Assembly: GCF_050873365.1 (NCBI RefSeq) | Contig: NZ_JBNMIQ010000016.1 | Coordinates: forward strand, 1,682 to 65,681 | Direction of reading: 5' to 3' | Length of the DNA stretch: 64,000 nucleotides | Origin: Brotaphodocola sp. | GTDB taxonomy: Bacteria; Bacillota; Clostridia; Lachnospirales; Lachnospiraceae | Part shown: positions 28,783-37,563 of the stretch, piece after piece | How positions within the stretch are numbered: the first letter of the stretch is position 1 | Layout: every line of letters begins with the position of its first letter | Program-made: the position numbers and the translations under genes | Notes under the pieces: generated by a model | Told to the model about the DNA's origin: nothing | What the model saw: only the letters and a program-made list of their open reading frames with translations | The model's database searches: none

Positions 28783-29043
28783 TTAAGATAAATCTCGACC
28801 TCTAAAAGTAACGATCTGTAAAAATAAAGAAAAAGACTCAGCAGAACTTCCTCCTCGAAATTCTCTGCTGAGTCTTTGCTCTTCTCGTTTTGCCTTGTTT
28901 CTCTGATATGCCTTTCCATTCGGCATCGTTCTCGTCGCCGGATTCAAACCGTTCCACCCGCACCTCATGCTCGAATAATATTCTTTCTGTTCGCGCTTGC
29001 TTCTCTTATCCAGTGAGACATACTTTTTCTTCTCTGCTCCCAT
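28783..29043 (-). CDS. small basic hypothetical protein
   Basis: 86-aa ORF (MGAEKKKYVSLDKRSKREQKEYYSSMRCGWNGLNPATRTMPNGKAYQRNK...) resembling small conserved clostridial proteins. Its last ~30 codons run through the terminator hairpin, so the true 3' end is doubtful. Confidence 0.45.
   Translation of the reverse strand: MGAEKKKYVSLDKRSKREQKEYYSSMRCGWNGLNPATRTMPNGKAYQRNKAKREEQRLSREFRGGSSAESFSLFLQIVTFRGRDLS
28832..28877. terminator. bidirectional rho-independent terminator hairpin
   Basis: Perfect 14-bp stem AAAGACTCAGCAGA / TCTGCTGAGTCTTT with an 18-nt loop and T-rich tracts on both sides. Confidence 0.65.
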
Positions 29044-29209
29044 GCCGATTTCCCCTCTCGTCTTTCTCTGTTTTTTGTTTAATTGCCTGATTTCTGTTTT
29101 TTACTCTTGTTCTTTCTCGTTTTCGGACTTGCTCTGACTTTTGATCTTCCCAATTCAATTTTTTCGATTCAATTTTCTCGATTTACTTTTCACATCTTCT
29201 TTCAACTGC

Positions 29210-29545
29210 TCACATCTTCACAGCACTTTCGCATTCTTCTGCCTTTCCCTCAGAAATCATCGCATCCATCTCTTTGCAATATTTCTCATACTCCCCGCCA
29301 ACGCAAAGCAGAGCTTTGTTTGCAAGTTTTTCCATCACCTGCACAAATCGTTTCTGATCCCGCTTACGGATTTTACAGAAAATCACACAGTACGGCAAAT
29401 CTTCTCGATCCATCTCATGTGTAATTTTCCACTTTAATTTTTCCTGAGCGAACAGGGCATCCGCAAGATATTCTTTGTAATCGATATACATGTACGAGAG
29501 CGAAAACGGCGAAAAAGACTCAAACTGCCAAAAGTTCTTTATCAT
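29210..29545 (-). CDS. hypothetical protein, overlaps the 3' end of the upstream HTH gene
   Basis: The ORF is open from 29605. ATG 29545 (MIKNFWQFESF...) is preceded by AAGGGAGA. I do not recognise a family. Confidence 0.4.
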   Translation of the reverse strand: MIKNFWQFESFSPFSLSYMYIDYKEYLADALFAQEKLKWKITHEMDREDLPYCVIFCKIRKRDQKRFVQVMEKLANKALLCVGGEYEKYCKEMDAMISEGKAEECESAVKM

Positions 29546-29954
29546 ATGTATTCTGTCTCCCTTCCCCCTGATAGTGTGGTTCACGATGTGTCTGAAGATA
29601 TTCAAAATAAATAAGCAAACGCCTCAGTGATGCACTTTTAGCCCTCAATAAACCGATAGGCATCTCACTGATCCCTCCGCGATATGCATGATGATATACA
29701 TTTACAGAGTAAAAAGAAATATCCCCGTCAATGACGAGGATATCTTCCATAGTGGTGTGCAGTACTCGGCTCAAAATCAAGAGATTGTCAAGACTCGGCA
29801 GTGTTTTTCCGGACAGCCATTTATAAATCGCCTGCGGATTTTCAAATCCCATGGCGCCCTGGATGTCCTTTACCGTATAGCCATTCTTTTTCAGAAGGGC
29901 TCTGATTCGGTTTCCCGTTTCTTCCTGCTGAATCGACATATAAATCGGTTCCAT
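29520..29954 (-). CDS. XRE-family helix-turn-helix protein
   Basis: ATG 29954 has RBS GGAGGAG. The HTH region is IRALLKKNGYTVKDIQGAMGFENPQAIYKWLSGKTLPSLDNLLILSRVL. Confidence 0.7.
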   Translation of the reverse strand: MEPIYMSIQQEETGNRIRALLKKNGYTVKDIQGAMGFENPQAIYKWLSGKTLPSLDNLLILSRVLHTTMEDILVIDGDISFYSVNVYHHAYRGGISEMPIGLLRAKSASLRRLLIYFEYLQTHREPHYQGEGRQNTYDKELLAV

Positions 29955-30215
29955 AGCTTCTCCTCCGTATTCTTTCCCACCCACAAACACGACTTTATTT
30001 TATCATTTTTTTCTCAGACAATCTACTCTTACTTTCCGCTGTCATTGTTCTTTTATTATAATGCAAAAAGCGCAACCTGTCATTGAACCTGTGGTTTAAT
30101 TTCTCTCCACACAAAAAAACAGGCGACTGGCATGCGAACGTTTCTTCATCATGCCAATCGCCCATCTTGCGCTAAAGCGGACATATTTTATTTTCTCAAA
30201 TCCGAACCAAATCCA

Positions 30216-30713
30216 TCAAATTCCGAACATCTGCGACAGAAAACGGATTCCCGTCTTTGTGCGGAAAATCCGACTGCGTACTGCCTCTGCCGTCTCCTTT
30301 GACTCCCCGTCCTCATAAAGATTCACAAGGAAATCCGCTTCTACTAGGATCTGATAATCCATTCCGTTGATCTCATGGTAGGTGTGGTGATGACCGATCA
30401 GATACTTGATCCGATCCATCTGACTCTCCGTGTAACCGCCAACCTCCCGCATGAGTTTCTCGGCTTCTGCCGGACCCTCCAACTCCTGATATTTTCCACT
30501 GCTTGAACCATATTTCTGTTCACTGATATGAATGCCAATATCATGCAGAATTGACGCACTCTCCAAAATAAACTGCGTCTCCTCATCAAGTCCTTCTAAC
30601 TTTCCGATCGCGGTTGCAAAATCGTGCACTTTCACAAAATGCTGGATTCTCTTTGCATCCCCATGATCATAACCGATCATCGCATCCATCAGTCTCGCAA
30701 GTTGCATCTCCAT
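30216..30713 (-). CDS. HD-domain protein
   Basis: 165 aa; H...HD metal-binding pattern (HFVKVH, ILHDIGI, GHHHTY). Confidence 0.75.
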   Translation of the reverse strand: MEMQLARLMDAMIGYDHGDAKRIQHFVKVHDFATAIGKLEGLDEETQFILESASILHDIGIHISEQKYGSSSGKYQELEGPAEAEKLMREVGGYTESQMDRIKYLIGHHHTYHEINGMDYQILVEADFLVNLYEDGESKETAEAVRSRIFRTKTGIRFLSQMFGI

Positions 30714-30895
30714 GGCATTTCCTCATTTCCAGTTTTCTGGTTTTCACTTCTTGATTTTACTTTTTAATTTGGCTTTTTAATTTTACTTTACTGTTGTTTT
30801 TTCTTTTTCGATTCCTGATCTCTGATTTTTGATTTTTTGGTTTTTCGGTTTTTCGTTTTCTCGTCCTTTGCTTCCTGACGATTCTTCTCTGTCCC

Positions 30896-33049
30896 TTACA
30901 GATTGCGAATAATTTTCACATGGTTGCGGAGCACCGCATAGTAACCGCTTCCGATTTCCTGACCGAATTTTTTCACCAGAGCCGTGTGAATTCCGCTGAG
31001 ATTCTTGCGCGGAAGTCCGCTTAAAATCTTCCAGATCGTCTCCGTCGCCTCTTCCGAAATTTCAATCCGATTTCTCTTTAAAATCAGGTCAAGATACTCT
31101 CTCTCCCTCTGCTTTCTGCGGTTGCTGTATCCGGCAGAAAGTTCTTCCTTACACTCTGGATTTTCCTTGAGATAGCGGTAGAGACTGTTTCCCACTGCCT
31201 GACCAAACTGATACTCAAGCATATTGTGAACCATCGACATATTGGAAAGTTTCACCGTCCCGCAAAGATCCATGAAAAACTTGAGATCCTGGTGCGGATC
31301 TGTGCTTCCGCTCGCGCGGAAAATTCTGAGAACTGAACGCTGACACGGCGTGTATGATGCCATTCTCTGCGCCTCTGTCTCTTCTGACTCTTCCGATTCT
31401 TCTAGCTTCTCCGGCTTTTCTGAGTTCTCTGGATTTTTTGCATTTTCTAAATTCTCTGCATTCTTCCTGTTCTCGGAATCTTTTTCCTGAACATCTTTCT
31501 GCACAGAATTCTGTGCCGGATTCTCTGACAGATTCTCTGCATCAGCACTGCATAATTTTTGCGCCTCATTCTGACCATCATTTCGATCTTCATTTGGCTC
31601 TTCCTCGGAACCTTCATCCTGATCCTCGTCCGGATCATAGTTTAGATCCCTCTCATCCTCAAGTTCCGGATACTCGGTCTCGAATTCCTCTGTTTTATTT
31701 GCTGTTTTCTTTTCCGTTTTCTTTGGAGTTTCCTCAGAATCCGGTTTTGTCACAGCACATTCCAGTGCAGATTCTGATTTTGCCTCTGCAAGTTTCTCGG
31801 TATGTCTCTCTGAATTTTTTCCGGCATTCTTTTCTGCTTTTTTCTCAGTCTTCTCAACCTTATCAATGTTCTTTTCTACGTTCTTTTCTACGTTCTTTCC
31901 TGCGCTCTTCTCCGCTTTTTTCTCGGTCTTTTTCCCAGCGTTTTTCTCGGCATTTTTCTCCGTATTTTTTTCGGAATTCTTCTCCGCGATCTGCTCTGCA
32001 ATCATCTCAGATGCCGTCTCTAAAACCGCTCCCAGAGCCGTCTTTGCGGTATCTGTCAGCGATTCCACCTGTGCCTTGCGCTCAGGCGTTGCCACCTTGT
32101 CAAAAAGCGTTTTTGCAAGCATGGCTGAGGACTTTCCCCGTCTTCTCTTTCTCCGGTTCGGTTTCTCTGATTCTGCGCCATCGCAGGCATCTGACTCAGA
32201 TTCCGGATTCTCCGATTTTTCTTCGTTTCCGATCTCAACGGAAGCAGAAACTGACTTCTTCGCCTCGTCCACAATCTCCTTCACAAAATCTGCCACTGCA
32301 CTCTTCTGAGCACCTTTCTGAACATTTTTCTGGACGCTTTCCTGAGTATCTTCCTGGGTGTTCGTCTGAGTAGGCTGAGCCTGCTCGCTCTGCTTTTCCT
32401 CGGAGCTTGAACCTGCCATCTCTGCGATCTCTTCGCTCTCGGAAATTTGATCCTTCGAAGTTTGATCCTTAGAAAATCCATTTTCAGAAACCGCGTTTTC
32501 AAAAACGTTCTGCTCCGAAACGATTGAAACTATTTTTTCGGAGATCGCTTTTTCAGAAGTTGCTTTTTCCAGAGACACCGATTCTGAAACCACCGATTCC
32601 GAGGTCATTTCCTCCGCAGATTTCTTTTTCGAAAAAATCGAAATACAAGGTTCTTCCTGGCGCTGTTTCTTCATCCTGCTCGCAAGTTTTGTGCACTCAA
32701 TTCCTTTGATCCGGCTGACACTGCATCCTCTCTGTTGCCAGTAGCGAACAACCGAATCGTATCCGGTATCGTTTGAGACAATCACATACTCGCGTTCCTG
32801 ATCCTGACAAATCTGATGACCAAGCTCGGTGACCAGCTGAAAATCGAGAGCATTCTGACCGCCAAAACAGCGAATCCATCTCACCGTTCCTTTTTCCAGC
32901 TCCATCAGGCGGACAATTCGGTCATATCCCATGTGTGCGCTTTTATCTGTGAAAAACACCATGATGCAGTCCCCGCTTTCAAGGGCATCCAGGATTTCCA
33001 CCCATACATCATTGATATTTTCACTGTCAATCAAATACGTTCTTTTCAT
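30896..33049 (-). CDS. NYN/PIN-like (LabA-type) domain protein with a giant K/E/S-rich repeat core
   Basis: N-terminal ~140 aa with YLIDSENI, QNALDFQLVTELG and IVSNDTGYD (NYN/LabA-like acidic triad pattern). About 480 aa of low complexity follow, then a ~170-aa C-terminal region with two related FGQ-containing modules. The start is uncertain (ATG 33049, 33085 or 33148). Confidence 0.6.
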   Translation of the reverse strand: MKRTYLIDSENINDVWVEILDALESGDCIMVFFTDKSAHMGYDRIVRLMELEKGTVRWIRCFGGQNALDFQLVTELGHQICQDQEREYVIVSNDTGYDSVVRYWQQRGCSVSRIKGIECTKLASRMKKQRQEEPCISIFSKKKSAEEMTSESVVSESVSLEKATSEKAISEKIVSIVSEQNVFENAVSENGFSKDQTSKDQISESEEIAEMAGSSSEEKQSEQAQPTQTNTQEDTQESVQKNVQKGAQKSAVADFVKEIVDEAKKSVSASVEIGNEEKSENPESESDACDGAESEKPNRRKRRRGKSSAMLAKTLFDKVATPERKAQVESLTDTAKTALGAVLETASEMIAEQIAEKNSEKNTEKNAEKNAGKKTEKKAEKSAGKNVEKNVEKNIDKVEKTEKKAEKNAGKNSERHTEKLAEAKSESALECAVTKPDSEETPKKTEKKTANKTEEFETEYPELEDERDLNYDPDEDQDEGSEEEPNEDRNDGQNEAQKLCSADAENLSENPAQNSVQKDVQEKDSENRKNAENLENAKNPENSEKPEKLEESEESEETEAQRMASYTPCQRSVLRIFRASGSTDPHQDLKFFMDLCGTVKLSNMSMVHNMLEYQFGQAVGNSLYRYLKENPECKEELSAGYSNRRKQREREYLDLILKRNRIEISEEATETIWKILSGLPRKNLSGIHTALVKKFGQEIGSGYYAVLRNHVKIIRNL
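31868..31987 (-). repeat. ten tandem 12-nt units inside the NYN-protein gene
   Basis: GTTCTTTTCTAC x2 exact, then eight degenerate units, encoding an (x-E-K-N)n repeat. Confidence 0.8.
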
Positions 33050-33215
33050 AAAATCCAATTTATCCTTTCCATTCCGTCCGGTCATTCTGCACGGAAATCC
33101 TGTTCGGAAATTATGTCCGGAAACTTCAGCGCTGATTCCATTATACACTTCTTCGCAAAATTTAAAAGCGGGTTTTTTCGCTTTCGTTTGTGGTATGTAG
33201 TGGTACGCCCCCTCT

Positions 33216-33638
33216 TTACTCCGCTTTCTTTTTCTTTGTGTTCGTTTTCTTCGTGTTCGTTTTCTTCGTCTTCTTTTTTTCGATTGTCAACTCATAGCTC
33301 AGATCCAGAAGATTTTCTATCTGCTGGTTAAAGATTTCCTCCGATTCCTCACTCAGAAGAATGCTGATCCAGTTCTCCTTGTTCATATGATAAGCAGGGA
33401 AAAATCCCTCCTGCGTGACCAGCGAGCCAATCAGAATCGGATCACACTTGATATTCAAAAGATCTACACCTTCCTGCCCCGCCAAGCCGATTTTCTCTCC
33501 CGCCACACTCAGGACTACCCCAAACCATTTCTTCGTGTCGCGATGGCGAAGCACTGCATTCGTATCCCGCCACGGATAGTCCGGCTCTACATGATAGTTT
33601 TTTTCCACAAGTGCGAAAAGTTCTGTTCGATTCATCAT
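33216..33638 (-). CDS. MmcQ/YjbR-family protein with a lysine-rich tail
   Basis: MNRTELFALVEKNYHVEPDYPWRDTNAVLRHRDTKKWFGV is the typical YjbR family sequence. The C-terminal tail KKKTKKTNTKKTNTKKKKAE comes from a tandem DNA repeat. RBS GGAGGAAA. Confidence 0.8.
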   Translation of the reverse strand: MMNRTELFALVEKNYHVEPDYPWRDTNAVLRHRDTKKWFGVVLSVAGEKIGLAGQEGVDLLNIKCDPILIGSLVTQEGFFPAYHMNKENWISILLSEESEEIFNQQIENLLDLSYELTIEKKKTKKTNTKKTNTKKKKAE

Positions 33639-33754
33639 TTTCCTCCATGTAAAACACCCGCTTTGCACCTGTCTGACTCCAATCAAACTTTGTGCAAAAC
33701 GGGCTTTTTCTTACTTTTATTTTCTTGTTGGCGACACCAATCCAGCCTATTTTA

Positions 33755-36007
33755 TCATGCTGAGGCTTCTCTTCCACAGTACTTGGCGATTGTCGCAATC
33801 ACCTTGTCCATCTGAAGCGGTTTTGAGAGATGTGCATTCATATTTGCCTCCATGCATTTCTTCGCATCTTCCTCAAACGCGTTTGCCGTCATCGCAATAA
33901 TCGGAATCTGTTTCGCATCTTCGCGATCCATCTTTCGGATTTCCTTCGTCGCAGAAATTCCATCCACCACAGGCATCATAATGTCCATCAGAATCGCATC
34001 AAACGTCCCTTTCGGATGATCGGCAAACTCCTGAATCGCCTGTTTTCCATCATGGACAATCGTGATCGTCGCCCCGGCATCACCGAGAAGCGTCTCCGCA
34101 ATCTCTGCATTCAGCAGGTTGTCCTCCGCAAGGAGCAGATGCAGACCGCGAATGCTCGCCTCTCCCTGAATTTCCCGTGCGTTTCCATTTTCCATAAGAG
34201 CTTTCGTTTCTTCCGCCTCTGCGATCTCAAATGGAATTGTGATCGTAAATACCGATCCCTCGCCCTCCCTGCTGTCGACCTTGATTGTGCCGTTCATCTT
34301 ATCGACAAGTGCCTTCACAATCGACATGCCAAGTCCGGTTCCATTGTAGACGCTTCTCGCGTCTGTGCGCTCCTGCGAAAACGGCTCAAAGATGTGTTTG
34401 AGGAAATCTTTGCTCATACCGATTCCAGTGTCGGAGATCACCCATCGATAAGTCACCGTGTTCCCCGATACTCCCAGACAGTCAAGCTGAGTAGAAACGC
34501 TTCCGCCGACACGATTATACTTGATGCAGTTGCCATAGATATTTAAGAAAAGCTGGCGAATGTGAAGCGAACTTCCGTAAATGTATGGCTCCTGAAGACT
34601 TCCCGGTTCACAGTCAAATCGAATTGTGATTCCCTCCTCGGCAGCTCTCTAACTGATAATCGTCAGGATATCTGAGGAGAGTTCTTCAAGATTAATCACC
34701 TCATGTGCAAGAACAACATTTCCATCTTCAAGCTTGCTCATCTGAAGCATATCGTTGATCAGGGAAAGCAAATGATTTGCAGAGATCATCATCTTTTCCC
34801 GATTTGTCCGAAGCAGTTCGATGTCATCCGGATGTCTCTCTGAAATGCGGAGCAGACCGATGATTCCATTAAGTGGAGTTCGGATATCATGCGTCATTCT
34901 CGACAGGAAGTTTGTCTTCGCTTCCGCAGATTTCCGGCTCTCCTCATTTGCGCGCTCTGCCCGTTCCACCGCCTCTTTCAACAGCGTTTTCTGGTGCTCT
35001 AACACCGCATTCTGCTCATACAGGCGCTGATTCAACTCTTTCTCCGCCATCAAGCGTTTCTCCATATCCGTCTCTTTCTGGACACGGATTCCCTGCAAAG
35101 CGCGATACTCCCCAATCCAGCGCACAGTGATGTATATCAGGATCAGCACGCCGAGAAAGGCGCAGAAAAACTGAAGAAGAATCTGCGTTTCCTTTGAATT
35201 CCACTCAAATGTCGCAATATAATTCTTCTGTCTGAGCACAAGCTCCATCCGAGACATCAGATGAAACAGAAGCATTCCGCAGATGATCAGCCCTGTTACC
35301 GCTACCCCATACTAATATCCCATATGGAGCTTCATCTCTGTCCGCTCCGAACGGCTGAGCACCTCAAGTTCCTTTCTCCAGTGCCCTCGAGACAAATAAT
35401 AGTGAAGCAGACAGACCATACACATCGTGCAGGTATAGAGAATTAACTTATTGGTCGAAAGCCAACTCGTCAAAATCTGATTGACCGTCACCCCACACTC
35501 GGGAAAAAGTCCTGCCATAAATGCCATTGCGATACTGCCGTGAAGCCAGGTGGAAAACATCGTGATCAGCGCAATCCCCACATAGACATGTTTTCTCTCC
35601 TTTCGGAAATAGAACGCAAACATCCAACCGGTAATCAGCGCAAACCAGAGCCTTGCCGTCGTCAAAATCAGGGATCGCATAGGTTCTCCACTGCGAAACG
35701 GAGAAAAGATGAGATCTCCATACTGGATTCCCGTGACCGTTGCCTTCCACATTGAAGTCAGGGCAAAAATCATTGCTACCGCAATTCCCTCCTTCGTTCC
35801 GAGTATCATCGTCGCAACAATCACAAGAATATGCATGGTCGTAAGAGATACGGGCGGGATGATGATAAATCCCAAATACGAAAACGCCAAAATCAACTCT
35901 GCCGACATCAGCATAATGAGAATTTCCGTCTTCACCTGCCTGCTCAGGGCAATTCCATATAATTTTTCAAAACGGGATTGTTTTGGATAGTCTCTGCTCA
36001 CTTTCAC
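33755..36007 (-). pseudogene. hybrid sensor histidine kinase (multi-TM sensor, HisKA, HATPase, REC) interrupted by two in-frame TAG codons
   Basis: ORFs 35312-36007, 34649-35275 and the extension of 33755-34456 are all in one frame. They are separated only by TAG at 35312-35314 and TAG at 34649-34651, with no frameshift. The second TAG falls between HisKA (SRMTHDIRTPLNGI) and the ATPase domain (IRQLFLNIYGNCIKY, DTGIGM, GTGLGMS). A REC domain is at the C-terminus. Confidence 0.75.
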
Positions 36008-36164
36008 ATACTCCCTTTTCCCTAGTATCTTTTGTCCTGTGAAAATGATCGTCGCCTTGCCGTTTTCGATATTCTGTCTTCTTTATTCTGTCTTATTTGA
36101 TTGTTTTCTGAAAACGCAGAGTCCCCCTGTCCCCTCGGACAGAGTTTCTCCCCTAAAACATCCT

Positions 36165-36200
36165 CAAAAAATGAAAAAACACCATAAAAAATTATGGTGT
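36165..36200 (-). terminator. rho-independent terminator after the macro-domain gene
   Basis: 9-bp stem ACACCATAA / TTATGGTGT with a 4-nt loop, followed on the minus strand by UUUUUCAUUUUUU. Confidence 0.65.
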
Positions 36201-36370
36201 CCCCTGCATATTTCGATTTTGTGCAACTGGCTACCATTTCACAGGCCCTATAGCTTTGCGTCACAACCTTTCGATTGCTTTGCCCAATATAAATATATGA
36301 ATAATTATACGCTTTTCTGAGGATTCTGTCAATTCTGACAACTACAAAATCTGTCCTTATCTGTCCTTTT

Positions 36371-37144
36371 TTAATTCAAAAACTTTCTGTAAATCCTCTC
36401 GTCCTCCTCTTTAAATACATTGAAAATAACTTTTATCTCGCTCTTAGTCTCCTCACGAAACTTCCGCACGGTCTCGACCGCAATCTCTCCTGCACGCTCA
36501 TTTGGGAACATAAAGACTCCCGTAGAAATACAGCAAAAAGCAATGCTCTTTAACTGATACTCCTCTGCAAGTTCCAGACAGGAGCGATAGCAAGACTCCA
36601 AAAGCTCTTCATGTTTTCTTTGCAATCCGCCCTGCACAATCGGACCAACTGTATGGATTACATATTTACACGGCAGATTGTAGGCTGGCGTGATCTTCGC
36701 CTGTCCCGTCGGCTCCTCGTGCCCCTGCTCTTCCATAATCTTTTCACAGTCAAGGCGAAGCTGAATCCCCGCAAAGGTATGAATACAGTTATCAATGCAG
36801 GCGTGATTCGGGACATAGCACCCGGTCATTCCACTGTTTGCCGCATTCACAATCGCATCACAATGAAGGCGGGTAATGTCTCCCCTCCACAAAAAGATTC
36901 CCGGCTCAACCTCCTCGATCTCATCAAGCTCCACGATTCCCTTCTGTCTCGCTCTCTCCTGAAGATACTCGTCCTGAATTTTTAAAAACTCCGGGGAACA
37001 CGCCATCGGACGGCGCACATTCATCAATCCGCGCAGAAGTTCTCTCTGACCTCCCGCTTCCCCCGGAATCCGGATTTTCTGGTACTGAACATTCTCCGCC
37101 AAAAGTTCTCTGATTAAATATTGCCGTCGCTCACTCTGATTCAT
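36371..37144 (-). CDS. macro-domain protein (protein-ADP-ribose hydrolase type)
   Basis: ATG 37144 with RBS AGGAGA. Motifs: WRGDITRLHCDAIVNAANSGMTGC, IHTVGP and CCISTGVF. Confidence 0.8.
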   Translation of the reverse strand: MNQSERRQYLIRELLAENVQYQKIRIPGEAGGQRELLRGLMNVRRPMACSPEFLKIQDEYLQERARQKGIVELDEIEEVEPGIFLWRGDITRLHCDAIVNAANSGMTGCYVPNHACIDNCIHTFAGIQLRLDCEKIMEEQGHEEPTGQAKITPAYNLPCKYVIHTVGPIVQGGLQRKHEELLESCYRSCLELAEEYQLKSIAFCCISTGVFMFPNERAGEIAVETVRKFREETKSEIKVIFNVFKEEDERIYRKFLN

Positions 37145-37195
37145 TCTGTCATTCTCCTGTTCTGTATTCTCTCTGTTATTTTCTGCTCTCTGCAT

Positions 37196-37400
37196 TCTTT
37201 GTTTCTCTGTATTTTTTGTTTTGTCTGTGTTCTTTGCTTTCTCTGTGTTTTTTACTTTTTCTATAATTGTTTGATTGGTCTATGGTTTTTGCTTTTTCCG
37301 TTTTACTTTGTCTGTTTTGGTTTTGCTTTATCTATTTTGGTTTTTCTGTTTTCTGCTTTTTCAATGCTTTCTGCTTTTTCTGTTTCCGCATTTTCATCTT
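37196..37400. repeat. 205-bp T/G/C-rich degenerate stutter region upstream of the macro-domain gene
   Basis: The plus strand is A-poor. It is built from reiterated words such as TTCTCTGT, GCTTTTTC and TTTTGG. Confidence 0.7.
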
Positions 37401-37472
37401 AAACCATCTCCGATCAAATGTACAGAAGGCACATTTTTGTAACTGCTCGCTCTTGTTTTATTCGGTTTCCTG

Positions 37473-37502
37473 TTTACAAACAAAATTTTCAGGTAGTATA
37501 AT
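37473..37502 (+). promoter_or_regulatory. candidate sigma-A promoter of azlCD
   Basis: TTTACA (37473-37478), an 18-nt spacer, then TATAAT (37497-37502). Confidence 0.55.
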
Positions 37503-37563
37503 AAACCCTTGAAACATACAAAAGCAACCTGTCACAAAATTTTACACAAAGGAGTTATTTCCC

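Noticed and set aside
30714-30895. CRISPR array among the repetitive intergenic tracts (also 11461-11565, 37196-37400, 48147-48212)
   Set aside because: The units are 6-12 nt, degenerate and contiguous, with no unique spacers. There are no 24-40-nt direct repeats and no cas genes.
33755-36007. Pyrrolysine or genome-wide TAG reassignment as the explanation for the in-frame TAGs
   Set aside because: At least five normal-length genes in the window terminate at TAG (3048, 8339, 9360, 13873, 1308). No pyl genes are present, and sensor kinases are not Pyl proteins.
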